DNA from: Hyalangium minutum
GTDB taxonomy: Bacteria; Myxococcota; Myxococcia; Myxococcales; Myxococcaceae
Assembly (NCBI RefSeq): GCF_000737315.1
Contig: NZ_JMCB01000001.1
Coordinates: forward strand, 20,001 to 268,000
Length of the DNA stretch: 248,000 nt
Direction of reading: 5' to 3'
Below the pieces are notes generated by a model that saw only the letters and a list, made by a program, of their open reading frames with translations, searched no databases and was not told where the DNA came from. Each line of letters opens with the position of its first letter. The stretch's first letter is position 1. Below, one piece after another: positions 49,435 through 59,983 of the stretch. Both the position numbers and the translations under genes were made by a program.

Positions 49435-49562
49435 AGCGCGTGGCACACCCCGAGGGCACTTCCCTGCACGTGTGCACGGGGGCCACGAGCGCGCGAGCAG
49501 AGGCACGACGCCTGCACCATCAGGTCTACCCCTGGGAGCCCCCACCCACCCTGGAACCTCAC

Positions 49563-50108
49563 ATGCTCCGCACTTCTTGCGCCCCCCTCTCCGCGCTGAT
49601 TCTGGTGCTGCTGTCCGCCCCCGCTGCCCAGGCCAGTGACTTCGGCCCCCAGGCCGGTGCCACCTATGTCAACCCTGGCCTTCTGCTGAGCGGCTCGTAC
49701 CGGCACTCGGGCAAGGGCGCCTTCGGACTCGGCGCCGAGCTCAGCCTCCACCACTTCACCAACAACGACTTCGGCGGATTCGGAGTCTTCGCCCAGTGGC
49801 AGGCCATGAACTTCCAGTACGACCGCTTCTGCGGCGGCCTGCAGGCGACCGATACCCTCGAGACGTTTCCCATCGGCATGGAGCTCGGCGTGGCATACGA
49901 GACCGAGGGCGGTGGCGAGGCCGCGACCACCAGCCTTCACTTCGCTCCGTTCGCCTCCGTGGGCGCCGCCACCGCCACCCTGCGCTTCGGCATCCCCATC
50001 GCGGGCGGCACCGAGGAGCTGCCCCGGCATGGCTTCGACGTGGGACTCACCCTCGCCATCAAGATTCCCCTACGGCTCGATGGCCCCAGCCCCTTCTCTG
50101 GCAGGTAG
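49563..50108 (+). CDS. secreted hypothetical beta-rich protein
   Basis: signal peptide, barrel-like strands. Confidence 0.55.
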   Translation: MLRTSCAPLSALILVLLSAPAAQASDFGPQAGATYVNPGLLLSGSYRHSGKGAFGLGAELSLHHFTNNDFGGFGVFAQWQAMNFQYDRFCGGLQATDTLETFPIGMELGVAYETEGGGEAATTSLHFAPFASVGAATATLRFGIPIAGGTEELPRHGFDVGLTLAIKIPLRLDGPSPFSGR

Positions 50109-50192
50109 GCCCATTTCCCACTCGCGGCGCAGGCGCTCTGACGCACTGACCCACCCACCTTTCAAGATATGAGAAAAAAATAGGGGGTATGG

Positions 50193-50218
50193 AAACGGCC
50201 TGGGGAAATCCCCGATAA
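50193..50218 (+). promoter_or_regulatory. sigma28-like promoter AAACGG-N13-CCGATAA
   Basis: perfect -10 and spacing match to the needle promoters, 38 bp before the ATG at 50257. Confidence 0.55.
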
Positions 50219-50256
50219 CCGGAGAGCCCCCCACTCTCCTCTGGGAGTCCCCCCGC

Positions 50257-53046
50257 ATGGCCACGGACGTAAGCACCTCAGGCAACTCGAACGCCGCCGC
50301 CGAAGCCGCTGCACGCCGTGCAGCAGAAGCCGCGGAGGCCGCACGACGTGCCGCCATCGAGGCCGCCCAACGCGCCGAGCAGGCCCGTCAGCAGGCAGAG
50401 CAGGCCGCCAAGGCCCAGGAGCAGGCCGCCAAGGCCGCCGAGGGCGCCGCCAAGGACGTGGGGCAGGCCCGCAAGGATCTGGTGCACGGCCAGCAGCAGT
50501 TGGAGAACGCGCCTCCGGCTCAGCGCGAGGCCGCCAAGAAGAACGTGGAGAAGCTCAGGGGCGAGGTCGACTCCACCCGCGAGAAACTGAAGACGGCCAA
50601 CCGCAGCCTGCTCGACGCTGACACCAAGCTCCAGAAGGCCCAGGAGAACGTCGCCCGCGAATCCAAGAACGCCGAAGAGGCGATGCTCAAGGCCAACGGC
50701 GCGGCGAAGAAGGACACCCTCAATTACGCGGTCAACGCGCTCAACCCCTTCAAGTCCGCCGATCCCTTCAGCAAGGAGCAGCTCGCCAAGGCTGGCCCCT
50801 CGGCCACGGAGATCAAGGATGCCTTCGACGGCGCCAATGGGGCCGAGCGCGACACGCTCTCCAAGAAGCTGGGCGTCGAGGCCTCGAATGATCCGAAGGA
50901 GATCCAGGCCAACCTGGATGCCAACCGCGACTTCGCGCAGCTGAAGCAGGATCCGGCCAAGGCCAAGACGCTCGAGCAGCTGAACATCCGCGACGGCAAG
51001 GATCTGCGCGGCTTTGGCAAGAAGCTGGCCGGGCAGGCCGCGGGCACCGCCCAGGGCAAGGACGCGCTGAACCTGAAGGGCGTACAGGACAAGGAGGCCC
51101 TGGCGTCCATCGTGCAGACGTCGGCCAACACGCTCGAGGGCACGGCGAAGGACACGCTCAAGAACGAGCTGTTCGCCCAGCAGGTGGCCAGCGGCCAGGA
51201 TCCGCAGAAGGCCGCGAACCTCAAGGGCACGGACCTCGCCGTCGCCGCGCACAACAACGAGCTGAAGGACGTCGTCAACAAGCCCGTCAAGGACTGGACC
51301 GAGGCGGACGCGAACCAGTACACGAAGGCGCTCGCCGATCAGGTGGAGAAGTACAAGAACGATCCCGAGGCCGTCGAGTCGCTGATGACGATGTCGGGCG
51401 AGCAGCTCCACCGCAGCGCCCAGCTCGTGGGCCAGGGCACCGAGCACAAGGGCAGCAAGGAGGAGATGGCCGGGCTGACGGCGAACCTCAGCCGCATCGG
51501 CAACGCCGCTCCCCCGCGCGCCGCCGCGCAGCTGGCCATGGGCATCGCCAACGAGATCCCCGAGGACAGCGAGCAGAACTACGTCGATGACGGGTTCAGC
51601 AAGTTCGTCGACGAGGGGGGCTCCTCACAGTTCCGCGACACCATCGCCGCCGCGCTCAAGCAGGGCGGCAAGGAGGACGCCGCCGAGGAGCTCATCGAGA
51701 AGGGCGGCGGCAGCGGCCTGGATGACCTCGCTGGCAACGTCTGGGACGGCATCAAGGACGCGGGCGAGTTCCTCGCCGACAAGGCGGGAGACGCCGCCAA
51801 GGGCGCCTACAACTTCGTCTCGGATCAGGTCGTCGGCAAGCTGGGCGACTCCATCCGCAACGCGGCCGCCAACGCGCTCAACATCGACGACCAGATCCAC
51901 AAGCTGAAATCCCCGGGCGACAGCTTCACGGTGAAGGCGGGCGTCGAGGGCACCCTCTTCGGCGCGGATCTGGGCGCCGGCGTGGAGATGAAGGTCTCCA
52001 AGACGGACACGGGCTACTCCATGGAGCTGCAGGGCAACGGCACCGCCGGCGTGGCCTCCAAGCTCAAGCTGCCGGGGCTGACGGACGCGGAGCTGTCGGC
52101 CACAGGCACGGCCTCGGCCACCGTGAAGTTCGAGTTCAAGAACGCCCAGGAGGTGGAGAAGGCCTCTGAGACCGTCGCGGGCGTGGCCATTGGCGCGGCC
52201 GCCACCGCCGGACCGCTGGCCCCCGTGGGCGCGGCGATGCTGGCCTCCGCGGGCAACGAGCTGGGCTTCATCGGCGACCACTACAAGTCCACCACCCTGA
52301 AGCTCGAGGGCAAGGGCGAGATCTCCGGCGAGGCTGGGGGCTCCCTGGGCCTGCCCGGCGCGAAGCTGGCGGGCTCGGTGTCCAACGCGACGGCCATCGA
52401 GATCCCCAAGTCGGGCCCGCCGAACCTCATCCTCACCCAGAAGGTGGGCGTGGAGGGCAAGCTGGACGTGGCCGACGGCGTGGGCCTGCCCAGCGGCGGC
52501 ACGCTCAGCCCGGGCAAGCTCGACGGCAAGGCAGAGATCTCCATGGAGACCAAGGTCCCGATCGATCTCAGCCCCAGCAAGCTCATCTCCGATCCGGTGG
52601 GCGCGCTGAAGCAGGCGGGCAAGACGGCCGTGGACAAGTCCACCACCAAGCTGTCCGCCAACGTGGAGCTCGCCGCGGGCGCCGAGATCGAGGGCGGCCC
52701 AGTGAAGCTCAACGGCCGCCAGGGCCTCCAGGTCCAGCTGTCCGCCGAGGCCAAGACCAAGGACATCGCCGGCTCGCTGGGCAAGGCCATCACCGGCGAC
52801 CTCGGCGGGGCGCTGCGCACGCTGGATCAGGGCACGAAGGTGAGCGCCAAAGTGAGCGCCTACACCGATGACAAGGTCGGCTTCGAGGAGGAGGGCGTGA
52901 GCGTCGGCGTTGCCTCCATCGACGTGACCGCCGAGGCCAAGACGCGCAGCTCCGAGGTCCTCACGGACTTCAAGGGCACGCCGTCGGAGTTGCTCAGCCG
53001 GTTCGGCAGCGTGGTGAACGGCGTGGGCTTCACCCAAACGGCCTGA
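50257..53046 (+). CDS. 929-aa coiled-coil/Gly-Ala-rich protein, candidate T3SS substrate
   Basis: no signal peptide; A/E/Q/K coiled-coil N-terminus; hydrophobic VAGVAIGAAATAGPLAPVGAAML segment. Confidence 0.65.
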   Translation: MATDVSTSGNSNAAAEAAARRAAEAAEAARRAAIEAAQRAEQARQQAEQAAKAQEQAAKAAEGAAKDVGQARKDLVHGQQQLENAPPAQREAAKKNVEKLRGEVDSTREKLKTANRSLLDADTKLQKAQENVARESKNAEEAMLKANGAAKKDTLNYAVNALNPFKSADPFSKEQLAKAGPSATEIKDAFDGANGAERDTLSKKLGVEASNDPKEIQANLDANRDFAQLKQDPAKAKTLEQLNIRDGKDLRGFGKKLAGQAAGTAQGKDALNLKGVQDKEALASIVQTSANTLEGTAKDTLKNELFAQQVASGQDPQKAANLKGTDLAVAAHNNELKDVVNKPVKDWTEADANQYTKALADQVEKYKNDPEAVESLMTMSGEQLHRSAQLVGQGTEHKGSKEEMAGLTANLSRIGNAAPPRAAAQLAMGIANEIPEDSEQNYVDDGFSKFVDEGGSSQFRDTIAAALKQGGKEDAAEELIEKGGGSGLDDLAGNVWDGIKDAGEFLADKAGDAAKGAYNFVSDQVVGKLGDSIRNAAANALNIDDQIHKLKSPGDSFTVKAGVEGTLFGADLGAGVEMKVSKTDTGYSMELQGNGTAGVASKLKLPGLTDAELSATGTASATVKFEFKNAQEVEKASETVAGVAIGAAATAGPLAPVGAAMLASAGNELGFIGDHYKSTTLKLEGKGEISGEAGGSLGLPGAKLAGSVSNATAIEIPKSGPPNLILTQKVGVEGKLDVADGVGLPSGGTLSPGKLDGKAEISMETKVPIDLSPSKLISDPVGALKQAGKTAVDKSTTKLSANVELAAGAEIEGGPVKLNGRQGLQVQLSAEAKTKDIAGSLGKAITGDLGGALRTLDQGTKVSAKVSAYTDDKVGFEEEGVSVGVASIDVTAEAKTRSSEVLTDFKGTPSELLSRFGSVVNGVGFTQTA

Positions 53047-53136
53047 GCCTCCGCACTGCCAGGGAGCATGGGTGCGGGCGCTCGGCCGCCCGCCGTCCCC
53101 GTGTCACAGCGTCAGGACGTGAACAGCTTCTGACCG

Positions 53137-53976
53137 ATGACTCCCTGGCTCGCACTCTCTCTTGGCCTGTGGCTCGGGCAGACGCCCGAGATCACTCCTT
53201 CCCTGCCCCCTGATGCCGATACCCAGGATCCCGCGGCCCTCGAGTTCCGGGACGCCTGGGAGCGGGCGCTCCAGAACGCGGACGCCACCGCCGAAGGACA
53301 GGACTTCACGGACGGCGTCGTCCAGATGCCCGTCTTTGAAGTCGGAGGCTCCAACCCGGACTACCAGTCCGTTCCGGTGACAGGCGGCACGGCTTCGCAG
53401 CCCACGGCGGACACGGCGGCCACAGGCACCGGTGGTGCGGGCACTGCGGGGACTACAGACGAGGCCCAAGCCCAGGGCACAGCCGCAGCCTCTGGCACGG
53501 GAACCACCACTGGCGCCACTGGCAACCTGCAGCAACAGGTGAACGCCCTGCGCAGTGAGGTTCAGACGCTTCAGGCCCAGCTCGCCACTCAGCAGCAGCA
53601 GGATGCCGCCATGCGGGAGCGCGCCAACACGCTGGAGCAGGATCGCCAGATGCGGCTGGACGAGATCGATCGTGCCCGTCAGTGGCTGATCGCGGCTGAC
53701 CAGGCGCTCGTGGCGGGCGAGCTGGACATCGGAGACACGCTCCAGGAGGCGGACGCGGCGCTGGAGCAGGTGGCCCAGAGCGCCACGGATGCAGGGAGCG
53801 GACAGACCGTGGTCCTCGTCGAGGGCGCGCGGACCGACATTGCCCAGGCGCTCTCCTCCACGGGGAACCGGGACACGTACAAGGCCCGGTGGGATCTGTT
53901 CTTCGCCTACGAGCGCCTCCGCGAGGCCCGCCGACAGAACCTCGACGAGGCCAGCGCCACCACCGTCACCCGGTGA
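53137..53976 (+). CDS. secreted hypothetical protein
   Basis: short hydrophobic leader, Thr/Gly linker, coiled coil. Confidence 0.6.
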   Translation: MTPWLALSLGLWLGQTPEITPSLPPDADTQDPAALEFRDAWERALQNADATAEGQDFTDGVVQMPVFEVGGSNPDYQSVPVTGGTASQPTADTAATGTGGAGTAGTTDEAQAQGTAAASGTGTTTGATGNLQQQVNALRSEVQTLQAQLATQQQQDAAMRERANTLEQDRQMRLDEIDRARQWLIAADQALVAGELDIGDTLQEADAALEQVAQSATDAGSGQTVVLVEGARTDIAQALSSTGNRDTYKARWDLFFAYERLREARRQNLDEASATTVTR

Positions 53977-54020
53977 AGGACGGCGCCGTCTTCACCGGGG
54001 AGCCTCAGGAAGGCTCGGGG

Positions 54021-55481
54021 TTACTCTTTGAGGATGACCAGGCCTCGGGACGTCTCGGCCGCGTAGATGTAACCGTCCCCAGTGACCGCCACATCACTGA
54101 GTCCCTCGAAGAAGGACACCCCGCGAGCCTTGTCCGTCTCGCGCCACGTGTTGAAGTAGCCCACCACGCGCGGCTCGTTGGGGTTGGAGACATCCAGCAC
54201 GCGCAGGCCGTCCTGGTAGTGCGCCACGTAGAGCTTCGTGCCCACCAGCGACACCGAGCGAATGGACACCTCCGGCCGGAGCGAGAACTCCGCCGCCTGG
54301 GTGACGATGACGTCCGGCGCGCTGACATCCAGCACCCGCAGGTGCGCGCCCCAGGCCTCCCCAGCCTCGAACGCAACGGTGCGGTTGTTGATGACGCCCA
54401 CCGCCGCCGTGCGGGTGGTCGCTTCCGGGTACGAGTACTTGCCCAGCAGCTTGGGCTGGCGCGGGTTGGTCACGTCCGACACCGCCAGTCCGTACGTCCA
54501 GTGGCTCACGTACAACCGGCCGCCGCTGGCCACGACGTCATAGGGCCGGTCCCCCACCGTCGGGTTCGTGTTCTCTACGTAGTACCGCTTGGCCAACGCC
54601 AGTTCCCGCGGGTTGGTGGCGTCGAAGATGAGAACCTCGGCGTTCGGGGAGGGCGAGGCTGCATAGAGCCAGTTCCCGTCCATCGTCACCGCGCGCACGT
54701 CCACGGCCTTGTCCGTGGGGAACGCCTTGACCGGCAACGGGGACCTCGGGTTCGACACGTCGTAGACCAGAACACCGCGCTTGGTGCTGGCGATGTACAT
54801 CGTCTGATCCTTCACCCAGACCTTGTGAAACGCATCCGCATCGGTCGCCGAGAGCACCAGCTTCCCCGCCAGGCTCGGCGCCGCGGGGTTCGTCACGTCG
54901 AAGATGTAGAGGCCCTTCTCGCTCGCGGCGATGTACGCGAAGCCCCCTGCCACGAAGATGTCCTGGGCCTTGGCGTCATCCGGCAGCGCCAGCTCCGAGA
55001 CGAACTCAATGTTGGAGCCCTCGGTCTCGCCTTCGCGGCGCACGACGCGCTTGGCCTGGAAGGTGCCCGCCAGATCCTGCGTGCCGTTGAAGCAGCGCCG
55101 GAACACGCCCTCCACCTGCGTGGGAGACGTCGAGCGGCACCCGGCGAAGCGAAACTCGAAGTTGCCGGTGCCATCGGTGGCAGCCACGTCACTGGACACG
55201 AGGAACAGCTCCGGCTCGATGCGCGTGCTGGAGATGGGCAGCCCGGAGATCGCGGGCTCGCCAACATACCGGAGGACCCCGGCCGACTTCTCCCCGTCGT
55301 CGAAGGTCAGGTCCATGTTCCAGATGCCCTCGGCCTTGATGGCTCCGAGGCCCGACTTGTCGCACGAGGACAGGTCCAGCTTCTCGTAGGCACAGTCATT
55401 CCGGGCAACTGGCGCGTTGGCTTTCCCACACCCCGCCGCGAGCAGCAGGGCACCCAGGGACACTGAAAAGAGGCGGATCAT
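54021..55481 (-). CDS. LVIVD-repeat lipoprotein
   Basis: lipobox AAGC; GL.IFDVTNP..P repeats. Confidence 0.8.
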   Translation of the reverse strand: MIRLFSVSLGALLLAAGCGKANAPVARNDCAYEKLDLSSCDKSGLGAIKAEGIWNMDLTFDDGEKSAGVLRYVGEPAISGLPISSTRIEPELFLVSSDVAATDGTGNFEFRFAGCRSTSPTQVEGVFRRCFNGTQDLAGTFQAKRVVRREGETEGSNIEFVSELALPDDAKAQDIFVAGGFAYIAASEKGLYIFDVTNPAAPSLAGKLVLSATDADAFHKVWVKDQTMYIASTKRGVLVYDVSNPRSPLPVKAFPTDKAVDVRAVTMDGNWLYAASPSPNAEVLIFDATNPRELALAKRYYVENTNPTVGDRPYDVVASGGRLYVSHWTYGLAVSDVTNPRQPKLLGKYSYPEATTRTAAVGVINNRTVAFEAGEAWGAHLRVLDVSAPDVIVTQAAEFSLRPEVSIRSVSLVGTKLYVAHYQDGLRVLDVSNPNEPRVVGYFNTWRETDKARGVSFFEGLSDVAVTGDGYIYAAETSRGLVILKE

Positions 55482-55667
55482 AGCCCCCTGCATACCGGGA
55501 GGCACGACGGGACGAAAGGGCTACCCGTTTGGAGACACCACGGAACAAGGAAGTACAGAGCTGAGCAAAAGCTCACGTTAGACTTGTGCCTTGCACTCCC
55601 CAGAGGGAGCTTCCATCCCTACGTACGCTCTGTCGCTCGACCCCCAACAGGCCCTGAGGTCGTACCT

Positions 55668-58600
55668 GTGAACCGACGCTCCACTGCTGCCGCCCTGCTG
55701 CTGACGCTGTTGCCCGGCATGGCGCTCGCCCAGGTCTTCGTCTATCCCCGCCGCGCTGACCGGAGCCAGGTCACCACCTTCGACTTCGAGTGGCGGCACG
55801 TCGATATCCTCGTGGGTCCCGCCGCCAAGGGCGAGGCCGCACCGCCCGAGAAGGCCGACCCGCTGCCCCCGGGCGTTCCCGGAGGCGCGATCCCAGCGGC
55901 GCCCACGATGCCACCGGAGGTCAGCTCTTCCTCCCGCCCGATCGCCGAGCCGCCCCAGGAGACGGAGCAAGTCACCACCACTCCGCCCACGAGCAACGAG
56001 CCACTGGCCCTGGCGGGAGGCCTGGACGGTGGTGTCCCGATGGATGGCGGCGTGGCGTCGGTCGAGCCGACCCAGCCCGCGAACGCGGCGATGTGGGCCG
56101 GCGGCGGCGCGGACGGCGGCACCCCGGCGGACGGCGGCGTGAAGTACGCCAAGTCGCTGGGAGAGAGCACGGGCGGCGTGCGCTTCTACTTCTACGAGCG
56201 CGAGCGCCAGGTGGCCGAGCGCGCCGCGCCGCTCATCGAGGACTCGTACCGGTACCTGGTGGAGCAGTTCAAGTACGTGCCCACCGAGACGTTCCCCTAC
56301 ATCCTCTACAACAGCTACCAGGAGTTCCTGCAGACCAACGTCTTCGCCGTGTCGGAGGGCACGCTCGGCGTCACCAGCACCGAGGACCTGAAGCTCTCGC
56401 TGCCGTACCTGGGAGACCACCGGCTCTTCCACGAGATCAGCACCCACGAGCTGGCGCACCAGTTCACCATCCAGAAGGTGCGCACCATCGCCAACACGAA
56501 GAAGACCTTTGGCGATCCGCTCCAGAACATCCCGCTGTGGTTCATCGAAGGCCTGGCCGAGTTCTACGCGAAGAACGGCCTGGATCCCGAGGCGGAGATG
56601 CTGGTGCGGGACTTGATGGCGAACCCGGACGTGATGAAGGGCTATGCCTTCCTCGACTTCTTCTCGCCTGGGCCGTACGGGTACCTGTGGATCTACAAGG
56701 CGGGCCAGGCGCGCGTGACGTTCCTGGAGGAGGAGTACGGCAAGGGCTTCATCCAGCGGGTGCTGGACGAGTCACCCAAGCTCATCTCCGGCGGGAAGGA
56801 CTCGGGCTCGGTGAAGTTCGAGGAGCTGCTGCAGCGGCTCACGGGCGACGAGCCCAAGAAGATCTCCGCCCGCTTCGAGAACTGGATGAAGCGGCGCGCC
56901 TTCAAGGGCTACCTCAGCTCCGAGCAGGCGGCGCCCGCGTTCGAGGAGATGGAGGATCGCTCCGGCATCACCACCGCGATGAACAGCTCGCCGGACGGCA
57001 AGGTGATCCTGTACCGGACCATCATCCCGGACACGGGCGAGAGCCGGCTGTACCTGGTAGACCCGAAGGCGCCCTCCAGCGCCATCAAGGTGGCCAATGA
57101 CGGAGTGCCGGGCGCCGAGTCCCTCCATCCCATCTTCGGGCGCAACTTCGCGCTGACGAAGGACAAGTTCGTCTTCACCGCGGAGTCCAACGGGCGCGAC
57201 GTCATCTACGTGCAGAACTACTCGTACACCTCCGAGCAGAAGACGAACGACGAGCTGGTGCGCCGCGGCGCCATGCGCACGGGATTCCAGCGACAGACGA
57301 GCGTCTCAGTGGATCTGGATGCGGGCAACCGCGTGGCGTACCGCGTGGGCCAGCACGGGCTGCTCGGAATTCCCGCCGTGGCCTTCTCGCCGGACGGACA
57401 GTGGCTGGCGTTCATCGGCATCAACGACGCGGGCATCCGGGACGTGTACGTGCTCGCGCTGAAGGATGGTGAGGACGCCAAGCCCCGGAAGCTCACGGAT
57501 GACCTGTACGCCGAGCGGCAGATCACCTGGGGCCCGAGCGGCATCATCTACACCTCGGACGCGACGTCGCACCGCTTCTACAACCTGTTCCGCATCAAGC
57601 CGGACGCGCCGGGACAGCCCGAGCGCCTCACCAGCCAGGCACAGGATCAGGCGGATCCGGTGGCCCTGGATGACGGCCGCATCTTCTTCGTGGAGTGGCA
57701 CCACAGCAGCTCGGATCTGCACGAGCTGAAGACGGACGGCTCCATCGTGCGGCGCACGGATGTCACCACCGGCGTCTTCGAGCCGGGCCCAGGTCCCGAG
57801 GGTGGCCTGTGGATGCTGTTCCACCAGTCCGGTGAGCGTCGGCCGTCGCTGCTGCGCGCGTCGAAGATGCTGAGCCTGGCCACGGAGGCGGCACCTCCGG
57901 CCGAGCCGCCCACGCCGCTGGCCTTCATGCCGCTGACGGGGGCCGAGAACTACCGGCCCTTCGCCCGGCAGAACATCGAGGTGGGGCCCATCTTCGGCTT
58001 CGCTGGCGCAGGCAGTGGAGGCTTCTACGGCCAGGTGTTTGCCATGGCGAGCGACCGGATGAAGAACCACGCCATGCTGCTCAACATGGCCATCTACGGC
58101 TCGTTCAAGCTGACCGATGGCGTGCTGCTCTATGTGAACCAGGAGAAGCGCACGGTGTGGGGCGTGGGCCTCTTCCAGTCGCTGCGTTTCCGGTTGGATG
58201 AGAGCTTTGGATCGCTGGGCACCACGTTCTTCTCGGGCGAGCGGTACTACGGCGCCATCGGCAGCGTGCGCTACCCACTCAGCACCTTCCTCTACTTGCA
58301 AGGCGAGCTGACCGCGGGCGGCACCTCGTACTTCATCGACTCGTATACGGCCTTCCGCCTGGAGAACCCGACGTTCAATAACTCGGGCCAGAACCTGTAC
58401 CGGCCCTGGCTGGATGCCAACGACAAGTCGCGCTTCCAGACGGAGCTGACGGGACAGATTGGCTACAACACCATCCGCTACCACTATGCGACGGGACCGC
58501 TGTCCGGGAGCTCGGCGCTGTTGGAGGCGGCCGTGGGCGCACAGCCGTTCAACAGCGAGGCCTACAGCAACATCCGGTTGGATCTGGAGCGCTATTTCCC

Positions 58601-59129
58601 CATCTACGGGCGTAGCAACATCTTCATCCGCGCCGCGGGCGGAAGCACGTTCGGTGGCAAGTATGCGCGCTCGTACTTCCTGTCGAGCTTCGACACGCTG
58701 CGCGGCGTGAACTTCGGAGACGAGGAGTGGCTGCTGGGCCGCAACTTCGCCTACTCCACGCTGGAATTGCAGGTGCCGCTCAACGACATCATCCGGGTCG
58801 CCTTCTTGAGCGACTTGGAGGCCATCGCTGGCGTGGACGTCGGCGGCGTGGGCAACACGACACGGCGGCTGTGGGATCGGCGCACGCTGGACTTCGCGGT
58901 GGGCTTCAACCTCTCACTCGGGCCTCTGCTGATGCGCCTGCACTTCGCGCGGCCGGTGGACATCGGCGCGCCGGTTGGCAAGCCGGATGACGGATGGGTG
59001 ACGAACTTCTCGATCGGCATCGCTGGCCTCAACGGCTTCTTCGATCGGAAGGGAGAAGGCGACGTCCGGCCTTCACCCGGCCTCCCACCCGGAGCGGGCA
59101 TCGGCCGCATCGGCATGCCTATGCAGTAG
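55668..59129 (+). CDS. Omp85/BamA-like barrel protein with N-terminal zincin-like (HELAH) and beta-propeller regions
   Basis: STHELAHQF; FSPDG repeats; C-terminal LSSFDTLRG..RLHFARP. Confidence 0.7.
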   Translation: MNRRSTAAALLLTLLPGMALAQVFVYPRRADRSQVTTFDFEWRHVDILVGPAAKGEAAPPEKADPLPPGVPGGAIPAAPTMPPEVSSSSRPIAEPPQETEQVTTTPPTSNEPLALAGGLDGGVPMDGGVASVEPTQPANAAMWAGGGADGGTPADGGVKYAKSLGESTGGVRFYFYERERQVAERAAPLIEDSYRYLVEQFKYVPTETFPYILYNSYQEFLQTNVFAVSEGTLGVTSTEDLKLSLPYLGDHRLFHEISTHELAHQFTIQKVRTIANTKKTFGDPLQNIPLWFIEGLAEFYAKNGLDPEAEMLVRDLMANPDVMKGYAFLDFFSPGPYGYLWIYKAGQARVTFLEEEYGKGFIQRVLDESPKLISGGKDSGSVKFEELLQRLTGDEPKKISARFENWMKRRAFKGYLSSEQAAPAFEEMEDRSGITTAMNSSPDGKVILYRTIIPDTGESRLYLVDPKAPSSAIKVANDGVPGAESLHPIFGRNFALTKDKFVFTAESNGRDVIYVQNYSYTSEQKTNDELVRRGAMRTGFQRQTSVSVDLDAGNRVAYRVGQHGLLGIPAVAFSPDGQWLAFIGINDAGIRDVYVLALKDGEDAKPRKLTDDLYAERQITWGPSGIIYTSDATSHRFYNLFRIKPDAPGQPERLTSQAQDQADPVALDDGRIFFVEWHHSSSDLHELKTDGSIVRRTDVTTGVFEPGPGPEGGLWMLFHQSGERRPSLLRASKMLSLATEAAPPAEPPTPLAFMPLTGAENYRPFARQNIEVGPIFGFAGAGSGGFYGQVFAMASDRMKNHAMLLNMAIYGSFKLTDGVLLYVNQEKRTVWGVGLFQSLRFRLDESFGSLGTTFFSGERYYGAIGSVRYPLSTFLYLQGELTAGGTSYFIDSYTAFRLENPTFNNSGQNLYRPWLDANDKSRFQTELTGQIGYNTIRYHYATGPLSGSSALLEAAVGAQPFNSEAYSNIRLDLERYFPIYGRSNIFIRAAGGSTFGGKYARSYFLSSFDTLRGVNFGDEEWLLGRNFAYSTLELQVPLNDIIRVAFLSDLEAIAGVDVGGVGNTTRRLWDRRTLDFAVGFNLSLGPLLMRLHFARPVDIGAPVGKPDDGWVTNFSIGIAGLNGFFDRKGEGDVRPSPGLPPGAGIGRIGMPMQ

Positions 59130-59171
59130 CGGCGCGTGCGCTCCGTGGCGGTGGCGTCCTGAGCCCACCGC

Positions 59172-59645
59172 TCAGGACTGCGCGGCCACGAGCGCCGCGT
59201 TGGCCCGAGCCAGGGGCCCCCCATCGTTCCGGGGGATCCGCTCGAAGTCGCCGCGCAGTGCCTTGAGCGCGAACTTCTCCAAGTCGATCTCCCGGCGCGT
59301 GCGCACGCCACCCACGGCGCGCACCAACTCGGCCAGGGGCCCGAAGCCCACAAGCCCATGCTGGAGCATCAGCCCTGCGGCGATGCCTCCCAGGATGCGC
59401 CAGTGGCCGCCGTCCCGCCGGGCCAGCCACAGTCCCAGCACCGCGACCGCCGAGCCCGCCACCATCACCGCCCGGTGGATGTCCCACTCCCGCTCGAGCT
59501 TCTGGAGGTAGCGGGAGATCTCCGCCCGATCCTGCTGGGCCATGTGGCGTACGCAGCGCTCCACCCGCTCGTCGATGCGCTGGTTGACATCCTTGGGCGC
59601 GTGCGAGCGCACCGCGTCGGCCGCTGTCTGGTTCCAGGACTCCAT
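59172..59645 (-). CDS. DUF2892-like membrane protein
   Basis: two TM segments; LEREWDIHR. Confidence 0.6.
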   Translation of the reverse strand: MESWNQTAADAVRSHAPKDVNQRIDERVERCVRHMAQQDRAEISRYLQKLEREWDIHRAVMVAGSAVAVLGLWLARRDGGHWRILGGIAAGLMLQHGLVGFGPLAELVRAVGGVRTRREIDLEKFALKALRGDFERIPRNDGGPLARANAALVAAQS

Positions 59646-59983
59646 GGAGTGCTCCCTCGCTGTCGCAGTCAGACCCTGCTTCCAAAGGTAGGGGTGGGAT
59701 CGGGCCGCTGCCGCTGCCGCTCCCCCTCGGGTTCTGACGTCCTCTCCGCCGAGGAGCGGCCGAGCGAGCCTCCGAACACTCCGTGCCAGGCGCTCAGGAA
59801 TGGCTGTCGCAGATAACTCTCTCAGCTTGAGACTTGAGAATGTCTGAGACACTTCATCCGAGCCCAGGCCATGTGCCTTCTGGCTTCTACCGTCTGACAG
59901 ATTAGACATGGATGGCCTGTTATTTCCGAGTTCGCACCTCATCTTGATTTTCGGCCCCCGCTGAAAACCCCAAGGAGGATGCC

